Source: Andalucia godoyi And28
Lineage: Eukaryota; Protista; Jakobida
Length of the DNA stretch: 64,000 nt
Direction of reading: 5' to 3'
Assembly: GCA_009859145.1 (NCBI GenBank)
Contig: VRVR01000053.1
Coordinates: forward strand, 142,375 to 206,374
Position 1 is the stretch's first letter. The number at the start of each line of letters is the position of its first letter. The translations under genes were made by a program, and so were the position numbers. Shown here in pieces: positions 51,455 to 60,918 of this stretch. Under the pieces are notes generated by a model that saw nothing but the letters and a program-made list of their open reading frames with translations, did no database searches and was not told the origin of the DNA.

Positions 51455-51960
51455 GCGCCAGCATTGTACACTAATCCACGGATAATCATCGATGATCACC
51501 CATAATCAATGCTGCAGCCCAACAACATGCATAGCATGATTGGGAACGGGGTAGGCCCCAACACGCCCCTCGGCATGAGAGACGTTCCTAAGATAGATGT
51601 GGATGTTGCATGGACAATACGAATAAGAATAAGAAATGAGCGTCGGTGTGCGAGAATGCAACGCGGTGGCGTGTTTATAGGGGCTCCATGATCAAAATGG
51701 GGCGAAACGAATCGGGCATCGTGGGACGGAGGTGCCAAGATGACAGACGCATGAGCATAGCGCATGGCAGTGTTTTTGTTTATGTGCGCTTTAGATTGCC
51801 TCATCATATCGCACTAGGTGGCGGCTGCTGCTTTGTATGATGGACAGCCTTGCGACAGACAATGACGCACGGCATGATGCTGTAAATTCCAGAAAGCACC
51901 AAAGAGATGCCTGCATTGTACACCGAGTATGCATGTCCGTCGTCAGGCTGCGGATCTGCT
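51455..51960 (+). repeat. Dispersed non-coding repeat family, degenerate copy 3
   Basis: gcattgtacact (51461) and tgggaacggggtaggccccaacacgcc (51541) match copies 1 and 2; a second head motif gcattgtacac..gtatgcat lies at 51913. Confidence 0.7.
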
Positions 51961-52392
51961 GATGTATCCGCAATCACGCGCCTCTTGTTGAGTGGGACTT
52001 GGTTCTCGTCCCGCACGATACCCGGCTGCGGAATAGACGGGCACAGCATCAAAAGGATTGCGGCGGAAATGCCGTACGTCTTGCGTAGCGTGGCAGCGGG
52101 TCACGTGCATTGGCACTGCGTGGGAAAGGAAAAAATAAACAAACAGACAAGCAAACAAAAGAAAAAAAAGGAGGTTGCTGCTTTAAACAACGTCCCAAAA
52201 ATCAACGTCTGAACAATTTGGTGCATTCCACCTAAACAACCCCAAACCTTGGGTAGTTAAGCGAGCCAATCCGGATTCGCATTTCGTTTGCGGGTTGTTG
52301 CTTGCGTACGTTCATGCATGTTGCTTTTTGTCGCCTTGTTCACGACTGGTTCAATAGTATGCATGCACTTTTAAGGTTTTCACACGAAGTGA

Positions 52393-53793
52393 TTAGGAAA
52401 GGCGCTGTCGTTGGGCCAAGAGCTCCATGATGGATGCAAAGACGGACTCCTGGGATGCACTACCACGGCCGCGGCCACCGCCGTCTTGTTGAGAATCCCA
52501 ATCTTGGATGACATCCAGCAAGACCGACAAAAGGTCGTTGGCCAAGAGTTCTTTGCTGGAGAGCATTCCGTTGACGACCGCCACAAAAGACGCCACGGCT
52601 CGATGATGCTCGCCTCCGAACGCACAATAGTGCATTTCTGCACAGTGGTTTAACGAGGCTGCAATCCACTGGATGACAAACTTGAGCTGATCATCGCCAC
52701 CGAAAACACCGCATCCCCATCGACCAGTGACCAGCAGGCCGTCCGTGCTCATCGAGAAGCCGACGTATGCCTTGAAAAGCTCCCGTTGCACAGCCGAGAT
52801 CGAATACTGTGCATGCGGATAATCAGCAACGTACATGGCATCGATTGCAACTAATTTTCGGATGCAGCGCGACGGCGACCCAAGCTCCTCCAGAGGGACC
52901 GCACGGGCATACGCGAAGCTGTGGGTTCCATATCCCGAGTGTTCCGAGTACTGCACGCAGTTCTCGATTAGAATGGACTCTGTTGGGCTCATTACAGGAC
53001 AAATCAGCATGGAAACGACACATTCCGGGAAGGTCAGAAAGATGATTTCCTCCTGCACCGCTCCACGGCTCAACGTCCCACCGCCAATGTACTCGTTTGC
53101 AAAGTCCACAACTGCCATACCTTGCGGAATCCCAATCGCCTCCATGGGCTCCGTTGCATGCGCCACAACCGGTACCAGTCTCGTCGGCACCGATGACCAA
53201 ACATCCATGCTCATTCGCGAAGGACTGATATATTTCCTGGTGAAGGTGATCGCGTGTGTCGCCAAAAACGCCTCCCTTGGCTGTCCGTTCATCTGAGGCA
53301 CCGCCGCTTCAAGATACGTCAAGAAGCACGCCATTTTCGCGAGATTGCACGGTGTGGAGCTCCCGGAAATGCCAGCAAGCGTAAAGTAATTTGTTCTATG
53401 GATGATCCGTTCTCTGCCATCTGAGTTGGGAAACGTGAACGACTGTGCTGGAAACGCATCGAGAAACGCGAGGCACACCAAGCACGACACCTGCATTGCC
53501 GTCAGCGTCACACTGGAATTCTCAAACGGCTTCAGCAAAGCCAGGCCGCCGCCGCCGGCGCTGCAGGCAAACAAGTACGGCCATTGACACGCATGCTCCA
53601 CGATTCGCGGAAAGAGCTGTTCGTAGATCGGGGTGCCGTGCACGTGTCCTTGCAGCACTTTCTTGATGCATCCGTGCACAGCGGCAAAATGCGTCGGCTT
53701 GAACGCCAGACACTTGTTTGCATCGCCAGACAAGAACGGGCCGTACAACGAACGGATCAAATCAACTGGCGGAAACTGAATCAAATCCCGCAT
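52393..53793 (-). CDS. PARG: Poly(ADP-ribose) glycohydrolase
   Basis: VDFANEYIGGGTLSRGAVQEEIIF..PE (GGG-x-QEE signature), YSEHSGYG, TGRWGCGVFGGD.QLKF.IQWIAAS. First in-frame ATG is 53793. Confidence 0.95.
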   Translation of the reverse strand: MRDLIQFPPVDLIRSLYGPFLSGDANKCLAFKPTHFAAVHGCIKKVLQGHVHGTPIYEQLFPRIVEHACQWPYLFACSAGGGGLALLKPFENSSVTLTAMQVSCLVCLAFLDAFPAQSFTFPNSDGRERIIHRTNYFTLAGISGSSTPCNLAKMACFLTYLEAAVPQMNGQPREAFLATHAITFTRKYISPSRMSMDVWSSVPTRLVPVVAHATEPMEAIGIPQGMAVVDFANEYIGGGTLSRGAVQEEIIFLTFPECVVSMLICPVMSPTESILIENCVQYSEHSGYGTHSFAYARAVPLEELGSPSRCIRKLVAIDAMYVADYPHAQYSISAVQRELFKAYVGFSMSTDGLLVTGRWGCGVFGGDDQLKFVIQWIAASLNHCAEMHYCAFGGEHHRAVASFVAVVNGMLSSKELLANDLLSVLLDVIQDWDSQQDGGGRGRGSASQESVFASIMELLAQRQRLS

Positions 53794-54104
53794 GTCCAGC
53801 TCCTCACCACGCCACTTCGGCACTTCCTTCTTCCTCCTGCTCTTACCTCTTCCAAGGTCGACGCCCTGCAAAGCTCTTTAGACAAAAGCACTCCGCTCCG
53901 CCTCTTCATCGATCCGTAGTGTCGACCTTTTTCGACTGCGGTTCAGAGGAGGAGGGGTTTCTTGTGTTTTCCCTGGATCCCAATGCCCTCCACCAGTCCT
54001 GCCAATGCAGTGCCGTGCCTGCCAAGCCAAGTTTCATGTGTGTGCTCTTGGTGAATCGACCCTACCCACACCCACCCACACGTACATACACCCACACAAA
54101 GAAA

Positions 54105-54461
54105 ATGAGTTCCGATGCGATTGGTACAGCGTCGCTGACGGCGCTTTTGGATCGGCGAATACTGATTCATCTGTCTGACAATTCGATCTTGATAGGGACG
54201 CTTCGGTCGTTTGATGCATTTTCGAATCTAGTGCTGGAGCACACGTTCCAGCGTCTCGTGTGCCCGGAGCGCATGCTGTATGCACACGAGCCGCTCGGCA
54301 CGCAGATGGTTCGCGGTGACAATGTTGCGATTCTGGGCGAGTTTGACGAGACAAAGGACAAGGACATCCTCAAGGAATGGAAGGCCGTCCCCGTCCGCAT
54401 CATTGAAAAATACATCCAACACGCCGTCGACCCCGCGTTTCTCATGGACACATTCATGTAA
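54105..54461 (+). CDS. LSM1: Sm-like protein LSm1
   Basis: ASL..LLDRRI.I.L.D...LIGTLRSFD.FSNLVL, GTQMVRGDNV.ILGE.D. Start at ATG 54105. Confidence 0.9.
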   Translation: MSSDAIGTASLTALLDRRILIHLSDNSILIGTLRSFDAFSNLVLEHTFQRLVCPERMLYAHEPLGTQMVRGDNVAILGEFDETKDKDILKEWKAVPVRIIEKYIQHAVDPAFLMDTFM

Positions 54462-55037
54462 TCAATGCCAGTACCAATACAAAACAATACTGTACATTAC
54501 CACCATTGCTATCATTATTTTGTGTTGTCAGCATTATCATCGCTTTTAATGTTCCGTCCTTGTGTCATTTATATATATGTGTGTGTGCGCTTTATAAATG
54601 TATGTATACGTACGTATGTGTGTATGTTGTAATTGCCAATATGGGGTAGTTTCAGTGAAGAAATCTTGCAAAGTTTGTTAGTACAGACGTGGCGTGGAAA
54701 AATCCGCATCCGTGTGGATCAATGCAATTTCTGGGCGCGTGCAAATTCCATTCGTCCTCTATTACAGAGAAGACCGGACTCAACGTAGTTCGCCTCACAG
54801 AAAAAGGAAAAAGGAAAGAAAGAAAAGAAAGAAAAGAAAAGAAAAAGAAAAAGAAAAAGAAAAGAGACATAGGAAGCAAAGGGATTGACGGAAGAAAGAC
54901 GGGAAGCACAGAGAGAGCGACTGTTTTTTGTCCACCCCAACGAGACTAGGGCTATCTATTTATTTATTGTTATTATAATACAGAAAAACGTACAGTCGAT
55001 GCAGGATTTGCGGATGCTCGGTGCCAGGTGCCTGTGG

Positions 55038-55991
55038 CTATGTCACGCTTTTCGAGTGGTCGTCGGCGTCTATGCTGGCAACAAGGTCGTCCATTCGTTG
55101 ACGGGCTTCCTCTTCCAGGATTGGGTCGTCTCGTGGAACGTCGGACTGCAGATACTTTGGAACGAACCCTTGCGCCAAGAGATAGACCTCGGGACTCTGT
55201 TCGCGAGATGCTTGCGGCTTGGCGTGCTTCACAACGAGAAAATTCTCGTTCAGCCGCTTGTTCAAGATGATTTCTTCGGCGCCTTGAAAGATCTTGCAGA
55301 GGAAGACCCCGCCTGGCCGAAGAACCTCCTCCGCAAAACCCAGTGCCGCATGTGCAAGTGCCATGATCCGCAGATGGTCCATACTGCTGTTTCCCGACGT
55401 TTTTGGACTCATGTCCGACAGCACAACATCTACTTCGCGTCCGTCCAAATGATATCGGATCTGCTTTTGAACAAGCGCATCCAAAAAGTTCCCCTTGATG
55501 AATGTCACTCCCTCAATCGGTTCAATGTCCTGCAGATCAACCGAGATCACGAGCCCGCGACTCTCAACAGGCCTTTTGGCGACAAGAGACCGTGCTAAAT
55601 GGCCTCGGCTCTCCTTGGTCTGCTTGCGGAGCGCTTCATCCAGCTGCTTTTCATGCCCCGCCATCATCAAGGAAGGCAGCGGGGATGATACGGCATTGAC
55701 CTTCTGAGCAGCAACCAGAGACCATCCGCCGGGTGCAGATCCAAGATCAATCACTCGCTTTCCTGGAGTCAGAAACTCGCTGCGTTCATCAATCTGTAGC
55801 AATTTGAAAGACGACCGAGATCGCATCTCTTGAATCTGTGCAAGACGCACGTACGGATCACTGAACTGGCGCCGCAGCCAATTTGTCGAAGACGGCGATT
55901 TCCCAAGAATCGCGGACACCTTCACTCGTTTCGAAGGTCCCCCGCTGGAAAAGTGCCGTTCCAGCCGCAATCGCTGTAGCATAAACATCAT
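55038..55991 (-). CDS. MRM2: RlmE/FtsJ-family mitochondrial rRNA 2'-O-methyltransferase
   Basis: SS.NWLRRQF.DPYV, RSRSSFKL, DLGSAPGGWS, VVLSDMSP, F.CKIFQG, KP.ASR..S.EVY; presequence-like N-terminus. Confidence 0.93.
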   Translation of the reverse strand: MMFMLQRLRLERHFSSGGPSKRVKVSAILGKSPSSTNWLRRQFSDPYVRLAQIQEMRSRSSFKLLQIDERSEFLTPGKRVIDLGSAPGGWSLVAAQKVNAVSSPLPSLMMAGHEKQLDEALRKQTKESRGHLARSLVAKRPVESRGLVISVDLQDIEPIEGVTFIKGNFLDALVQKQIRYHLDGREVDVVLSDMSPKTSGNSSMDHLRIMALAHAALGFAEEVLRPGGVFLCKIFQGAEEIILNKRLNENFLVVKHAKPQASREQSPEVYLLAQGFVPKYLQSDVPRDDPILEEEARQRMDDLVASIDADDHSKSVT

Positions 55992-56331
55992 CTCGCCGCT
56001 TCTGTAATTTCTTTCTGTTTTTACAAGAATAATAAAATAAAATTAATTTGTTAAACAAAAGAGAGCCTATGTGGTTCCAGATAAAACATTTGAATGGGTG
56101 ACGATGGCCAAGTCGAGGTAACGCACATTATCTGCCTCCGCAGCCTGCACAATGCATATCGAATCTGTCTTGGTGCGAAGCACTTGCTACAGCAGGCGTT
56201 TCACCGACTGTGTACGGTAAAAGTTGCCCCACAGCAGAAAAAAATGGAGCTTCGTGATATGCAACACGACGACGACACCGCGACGACTGCTGCTGCCCAT
56301 TGGGATACGACTGCAGATGGCAATATTCTTT

Positions 56332-57051
56332 TTAATTCTCTAACAGGTCTTTTTCCTTTTGCTTGACGACGGATTCAACGGAAGAGACCATTTCATCCGT
56401 GACGCTCTGAACAGCCTTTTCCACTCTCTTGAACTCCTCTTTCCCCATCCCGTCTGCCTTGTCACTCTTTCCCTTATCCTTATCCTTGTCCTTGTCTGCT
56501 TTCCCCTTTGCTGCGCCCTTGGAACTCGAGGAATCGACGACTTTTCTCTCGAGATCTTTGAGCCAGTCTTTGCGCACTTGCCGAATCGTGACCTTTGCAT
56601 TCTCGCCAAATTTCAGCGCCTCTTTCACCATCTTCTCGCGCTGGTCTCCCGTGACTCGCGGAATCGACACGGTTATGCTCGACGCAGACGATGCAGACAC
56701 TCCATATCCCGGAAACGAATTCTTGATCGCTTGCTGCACGGAATTCATCAGGTTCGGATCGTGCGGAGAAACAAGAATGGAAGAGGGCGGTTTTGCAACA
56801 ATCGCCGCAATCGTCGAAAGTGGGATGCCAGGCGCGTGCTTCCCTGCACCAGCACTTGGCCCCGACGACACTTTGACATTATCCAGAATCGACGCAACCG
56901 GTCTCGACGTGCGCAGATTTGACAACTCACTCTGTAAATGCATGACGGCAGCATCCATGCGCATTTTCCACGAATCGGGATTTCCAGGAATCTCACGCAA
57001 GAGCGACGTCAGATTCGCCTTGTATCTCCTCAACACCACAAACATGTTCAT
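56332..57051 (-). CDS. MRRF: Ribosome recycling factor, mitochondrial
   Basis: HLQSELSNLRTSR...SILDNVKV, IPRVT..QREKMVK.A...GENAKV.IRQVRKD, K.KEKDLL. Start at ATG 57051 or 57045. Confidence 0.92.
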   Translation of the reverse strand: MNMFVVLRRYKANLTSLLREIPGNPDSWKMRMDAAVMHLQSELSNLRTSRPVASILDNVKVSSGPSAGAGKHAPGIPLSTIAAIVAKPPSSILVSPHDPNLMNSVQQAIKNSFPGYGVSASSASSITVSIPRVTGDQREKMVKEALKFGENAKVTIRQVRKDWLKDLERKVVDSSSSKGAAKGKADKDKDKDKGKSDKADGMGKEEFKRVEKAVQSVTDEMVSSVESVVKQKEKDLLEN

Positions 57052-57204
57052 TCTTTGCCATACAGCCCAAAAAAAAAATATAATAAAACAAAACAGACAA
57101 GCAAAAAACCGAGAAAGGGCTCCAAGCAAGCTTCAATATACTGTGTTGAGTTTGTTGTTGTGGATGGAAAGGAAAACGTACAACAGGAACGATGGACAGC
57201 AGGA

Positions 57205-58005
57205 CTACTTTTTATTCTGAATGGACTTTTCAAAGTCGTCAAATGCCTTGTTTCCTGCGGCTTCTTCCTTGTCGACGACGGGTTCGACAGCGACGACTTC
57301 TGGGATGTAGTGCATGAGCATGTTTTCGATGCCGTGTTTGAGAGTTGCGCTTGACGACGAGCAGGTTGAACATGCCCCAACGAGCTTCAGCTTGACGATC
57401 CCTGCTTCGAATCCACGATATTCAATGTCTCCTCCGTCTTCCTGGACAACTGGGCGGATGCGAGTTTCCAAAAGCTCCTTGATGAGAAGCACGACTTCCG
57501 AATCGCCTTCTTGGGCCGCAGTATCTCGCGGCTGCTCCACATCGTCGGCAATAATGGGGATGTTGGCATTGAAAAAATCCATGATGGACGCGTAGACATC
57601 CGGCTTCATTGTCGCCCATGTTGCATCGGGCTTCTTTGTGATCGTCACGAAATCAGGCCCAAGAAAAACCGAGTGCACACCGTCAATCGCAAACAGCCGT
57701 TTGGCAAGCAGCGAATTGAACGTCTCGAGCGGAGAAGAATAGTTTCGGCTTCCACGCTTCCCCATGACTTCTCGTCCCGGCTTGAACTTCAACGCATCGT
57801 CATTCGGGGTCACTTCTGTCTGAATAAACATCGTCCGAACAGGCACAAATCGCGCTCCCCCAATGCTCGAGCATCGCACAAGACACCGATCCAAAACACT
57901 CGACTGCGCAAGCACAAAGCTTCCGTGATGTCTCGCAAACAGTCGCAATCCTCGAATCGACACCAACGACGACAATGACAAGGATGATGATATTCTTTTA
58001 AGCAT
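57205..58005 (-). CDS. NFU1: Mitochondrial Fe-S carrier NFU1
   Basis: MFIQTE.TPN..ALKF.PG, IRP.VQEDGGDI, GACSTCSSS..TLK.GIENML; long presequence. Confidence 0.97.
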   Translation of the reverse strand: MLKRISSSLSLSSLVSIRGLRLFARHHGSFVLAQSSVLDRCLVRCSSIGGARFVPVRTMFIQTEVTPNDDALKFKPGREVMGKRGSRNYSSPLETFNSLLAKRLFAIDGVHSVFLGPDFVTITKKPDATWATMKPDVYASIMDFFNANIPIIADDVEQPRDTAAQEGDSEVVLLIKELLETRIRPVVQEDGGDIEYRGFEAGIVKLKLVGACSTCSSSSATLKHGIENMLMHYIPEVVAVEPVVDKEEAAGNKAFDDFEKSIQNKK

Positions 58006-58276
58006 TCTTCCCTCTGTCTATATTCTGCCAATGGTCACAGCACCTGCGAAGCACGACGTATATATATATATATATATATATATTTATAAATCAATTATGA
58101 TATCCGCCTTTTCTTCATCTGCGATCTGCTTGTGTGCTTTTTGCTTTTTCTGTTTTTTTTTTCAACAGGGGATGAGTGGTTGACAACTGTCGACGGTACT
58201 GAAACAACAAAGCAAGCCCAGCTTTCCTTTTCATCGACTATATACTGTTCGCCTTCAACTCGTCCCTGCGATTCTG

Positions 58277-58278
<2 letters not shown>

Positions 58279-58338
<60 letters not shown>
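58279..58338. repeat. (CT)n microsatellite in the NFU1/ETFA divergent spacer
   Basis: About 30 tandem TC units; a (TA)n tract is nearby at about 58058-58083. Confidence 0.95.
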
Positions 58339-58345
<7 letters not shown>

Positions 58346-58448
58346 CTCTCTCTCTCTCTGCGTCTCTCTGTTGTTGAGATTGTGTGTTTTTAGACAGGTT
58401 TTCTTCTGCGGTTGTTCTTTGATCGAACGAAACGACTGGCGCGTGGGA

Positions 58449-59453
58449 ATGATGTGGTCTGTAGTTGCGCGTCGGTGTTTTGCATCGTCATCGTCGGCGG
58501 GGTCTCGAGTGCTGGTGTTTGTCGAACATGACGGAAAAAACATTTTACCTGCAACATTGAGTGCGATTTCGGCTGCGTCGCAGCTGTCGTCGGATGTGAC
58601 GCTTCTTGTCGCGTCGGGTGGAGCAGGCGCTGTTGTGGATGCCGCTTCAAAGGTAAAGGGAGCCACGCGTGTTCTGTTTGCGAATGATGGTGCGTTTGAA
58701 CACAATGTTGCAGAAAACCTTGCAAACTTGATTGCGCGGGTGCATGCAACCTTTGGATTTTCTCACATTCTCGCGTCTGCATCGGCACTCGGCAAATCTG
58801 TCCTCCCACGAGTGGCTGCGTCCATGGAAGTCCAACCAATCTCGGAAATTACAGCAATCAAGGACGAATCCACATTTGTGCGCCCGATTTACGCAGGAAA
58901 CGCTGTCGCCACTGTCCGATCCAAGGACCCCGTCAAGGTTGTTACGGTGCGTTCCACTGCATTCGACAAGGCAGTCATTGGAAATGACGCCAATGCATCG
59001 ATCGAGCCTGCCCCCACGGCGCAAAACGAACCTGCCGATCTCGGGCTTACCAAGTGGATATCGGCAGAACTGTCGAAAAGCGAGCGGCCCGAACTGGGCT
59101 CTGCGCGTGTGATTGTCTCGGGTGGTCGGGCGCTTGGGTCCGGAGAAAACTTCAAGATTCTCGAAGCACTCGCTGACAAGCTTGGTGGTGCCGTCGGAGC
59201 CTCGCGAGCCGCCGTGGATGCTGGGTATGTCTCCAACGATTTGCAGATTGGACAGACCGGCAAGGTCGTCGCCCCAGAACTTTATGTGGCAGTCGGAATT
59301 TCAGGTGCCATTCAGCATCTGGCAGGTATGAAGGACTCCAAGACAATTGTCGCCATCAACAAGGATCCCGAAGCACCCATATTCCAAGTCGCGGATTACG
59401 GTCTCGTTGCCGATCTCTTCGCTGCCATCCCCGAACTGACAAAGAGGATTTGA
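58449..59453 (+). CDS. ETFA: Electron transfer flavoprotein alpha subunit
   Basis: RPIYAGNA, VSGGRALG, GASRAAVDAGY, QIGQTGK.VAPELY.AVGISGAIQHLAGMKDS. Start at ATG 58449. Confidence 0.98.
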   Translation: MMWSVVARRCFASSSSAGSRVLVFVEHDGKNILPATLSAISAASQLSSDVTLLVASGGAGAVVDAASKVKGATRVLFANDGAFEHNVAENLANLIARVHATFGFSHILASASALGKSVLPRVAASMEVQPISEITAIKDESTFVRPIYAGNAVATVRSKDPVKVVTVRSTAFDKAVIGNDANASIEPAPTAQNEPADLGLTKWISAELSKSERPELGSARVIVSGGRALGSGENFKILEALADKLGGAVGASRAAVDAGYVSNDLQIGQTGKVVAPELYVAVGISGAIQHLAGMKDSKTIVAINKDPEAPIFQVADYGLVADLFAAIPELTKRI

Positions 59454-59707
59454 CCACTTTGTTTTTCAAACACTCGCATTCACGTAGTTATGAATAAAAT
59501 TCCTAAAATTAAAAACAAAACATATCCAGAAACAAAAAAGAAAAAAGAAAGAGAAAAATAAAATAAAATGATGAAATAGCTACAACATGAGAAGTATAGC
59601 GATGTGCATTCTTCATGAAGACATCCTTCTTGGGTTTATGAAGGAAATTTTGCCAGGAAACAAACAGACAAGAAAGACTCTCCAGGCTCACCAGCCTTAC
59701 GCGACCC

Positions 59708-60325
59708 TCAAGCGATAGTGCAGATACTGAAAAGAGAGCACGAGTTCTCGCAGTACTCTGGGACAGCAAACAAGGAGTCGTCGAATGGGCCGGTTTTGAA
59801 CGACGCCTGTGTGAACACCTGGTCGTCGTTTGGCTCCTGGAAGAGACGGCATGGGACGTTGTCGCTGTTCTGCGAATAGTAGTTGGGCTGCAGGCCCTTC
59901 TGCATGAACCGCTGGCAAGTCTGGCCGTTCACCACTTCGGTGCCATTGTACGCAGCTCCACTAAGCCACGAGCTCTTCACGATGCCGCAGCCCTTCTCGG
60001 CAGTGCAGCACATGCAGCAGTACTTGAGCTCCGGGAACACCAAGTATCGCTTTCCATCGCGAACCAGATGGGAGCAGGGGGTGTCCTCATGCTTGACCGA
60101 TCCGCAGTATCGGTCGCCCTTTGCAGAGTCGCGATATATCAACTCACGGGCATTTGGTTCGTCGTAGTACTGATATCCCTTCGTCACATCCGCCGTGATG
60201 ATCTTTGTCTTTTCTTCAAATTCAATATAGAATTGAGCCGGCCACACAGGCGCTGGCTGTGCTTGTACAGCAACTGCAATCACCACCACAACACAAGTAA
60301 CAGCGAAAACGACCGTCGCGCGCAT
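59708..60325 (-). CDS. Secreted ependymin-related (LolA-fold-like) protein
   Basis: Signal peptide; P.WP.QF, YYD, CCMCC....GCGIV..SWL.GA.Y.G...V.G..C..F, F.VP..C. Confidence 0.65.
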   Translation of the reverse strand: MRATVVFAVTCVVVVIAVAVQAQPAPVWPAQFYIEFEEKTKIITADVTKGYQYYDEPNARELIYRDSAKGDRYCGSVKHEDTPCSHLVRDGKRYLVFPELKYCCMCCTAEKGCGIVKSSWLSGAAYNGTEVVNGQTCQRFMQKGLQPNYYSQNSDNVPCRLFQEPNDDQVFTQASFKTGPFDDSLFAVPEYCENSCSLFSICTIA

Positions 60326-60918
60326 TTTTCAGATATTTTTTTTTTTTTCAACAACGCCTTTTCTCTGCACTGGTGGAATTTCCCACAGAAATACTGAAAC
60401 AAAGACGACAACGGCGACGACGACGACGCCAAGCACTTTGCGCCCTTCTCGACCTGGTTGACGCGCTTTGAGTGATGCAACGAGACTCTACGACCCACCT
60501 GGCTGTTCCCCATGCTGCTTGAGGCATGATTGATGGCAGATGAGGCGCGATTCCTCCGATCGCGCCTTTTGGTTTGCATGCTTCATCAAAAAAAATTATA
60601 AAAATCAGAGAGATTGAAAACTCTGTTATTGCTGTCTTTGATTCCTTTTTCTATTTTCTTTTTCTATTTTCTTTTTCTATTTTCTTTTTCCTCTTTTCCT
60701 TTCCTTTCCTTTCCTTTCCGTTTCGTTCCTTTCTTTTCTTTTTGGTTGTTGTTGTAAATTCACTGACCACTCATTCTTGAGTGTAATGAACATCCATTGC
60801 AAATAATTAGAACAACAGCAACAACAACACTATCAGGTCATCATTTTTCTTTGCTTCGTTATCTTTATCATTTCTAATACAGGAAGAATAAAAAAGAAGA
60901 GGAAAGGAAAAGGAGGAG

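Noticed and set aside
35930-51960. CRISPR-like array interpretation of the repeats
   Set aside because: Copies are dispersed over kilobases, inverted and divergent, with no regular repeat-spacer periodicity and no cas genes.
56094-56366. 90-aa plus-strand ORF between MRM2 and RRF
   Set aside because: It overlaps the RRF stop antisense and has no motif; likely UTR.
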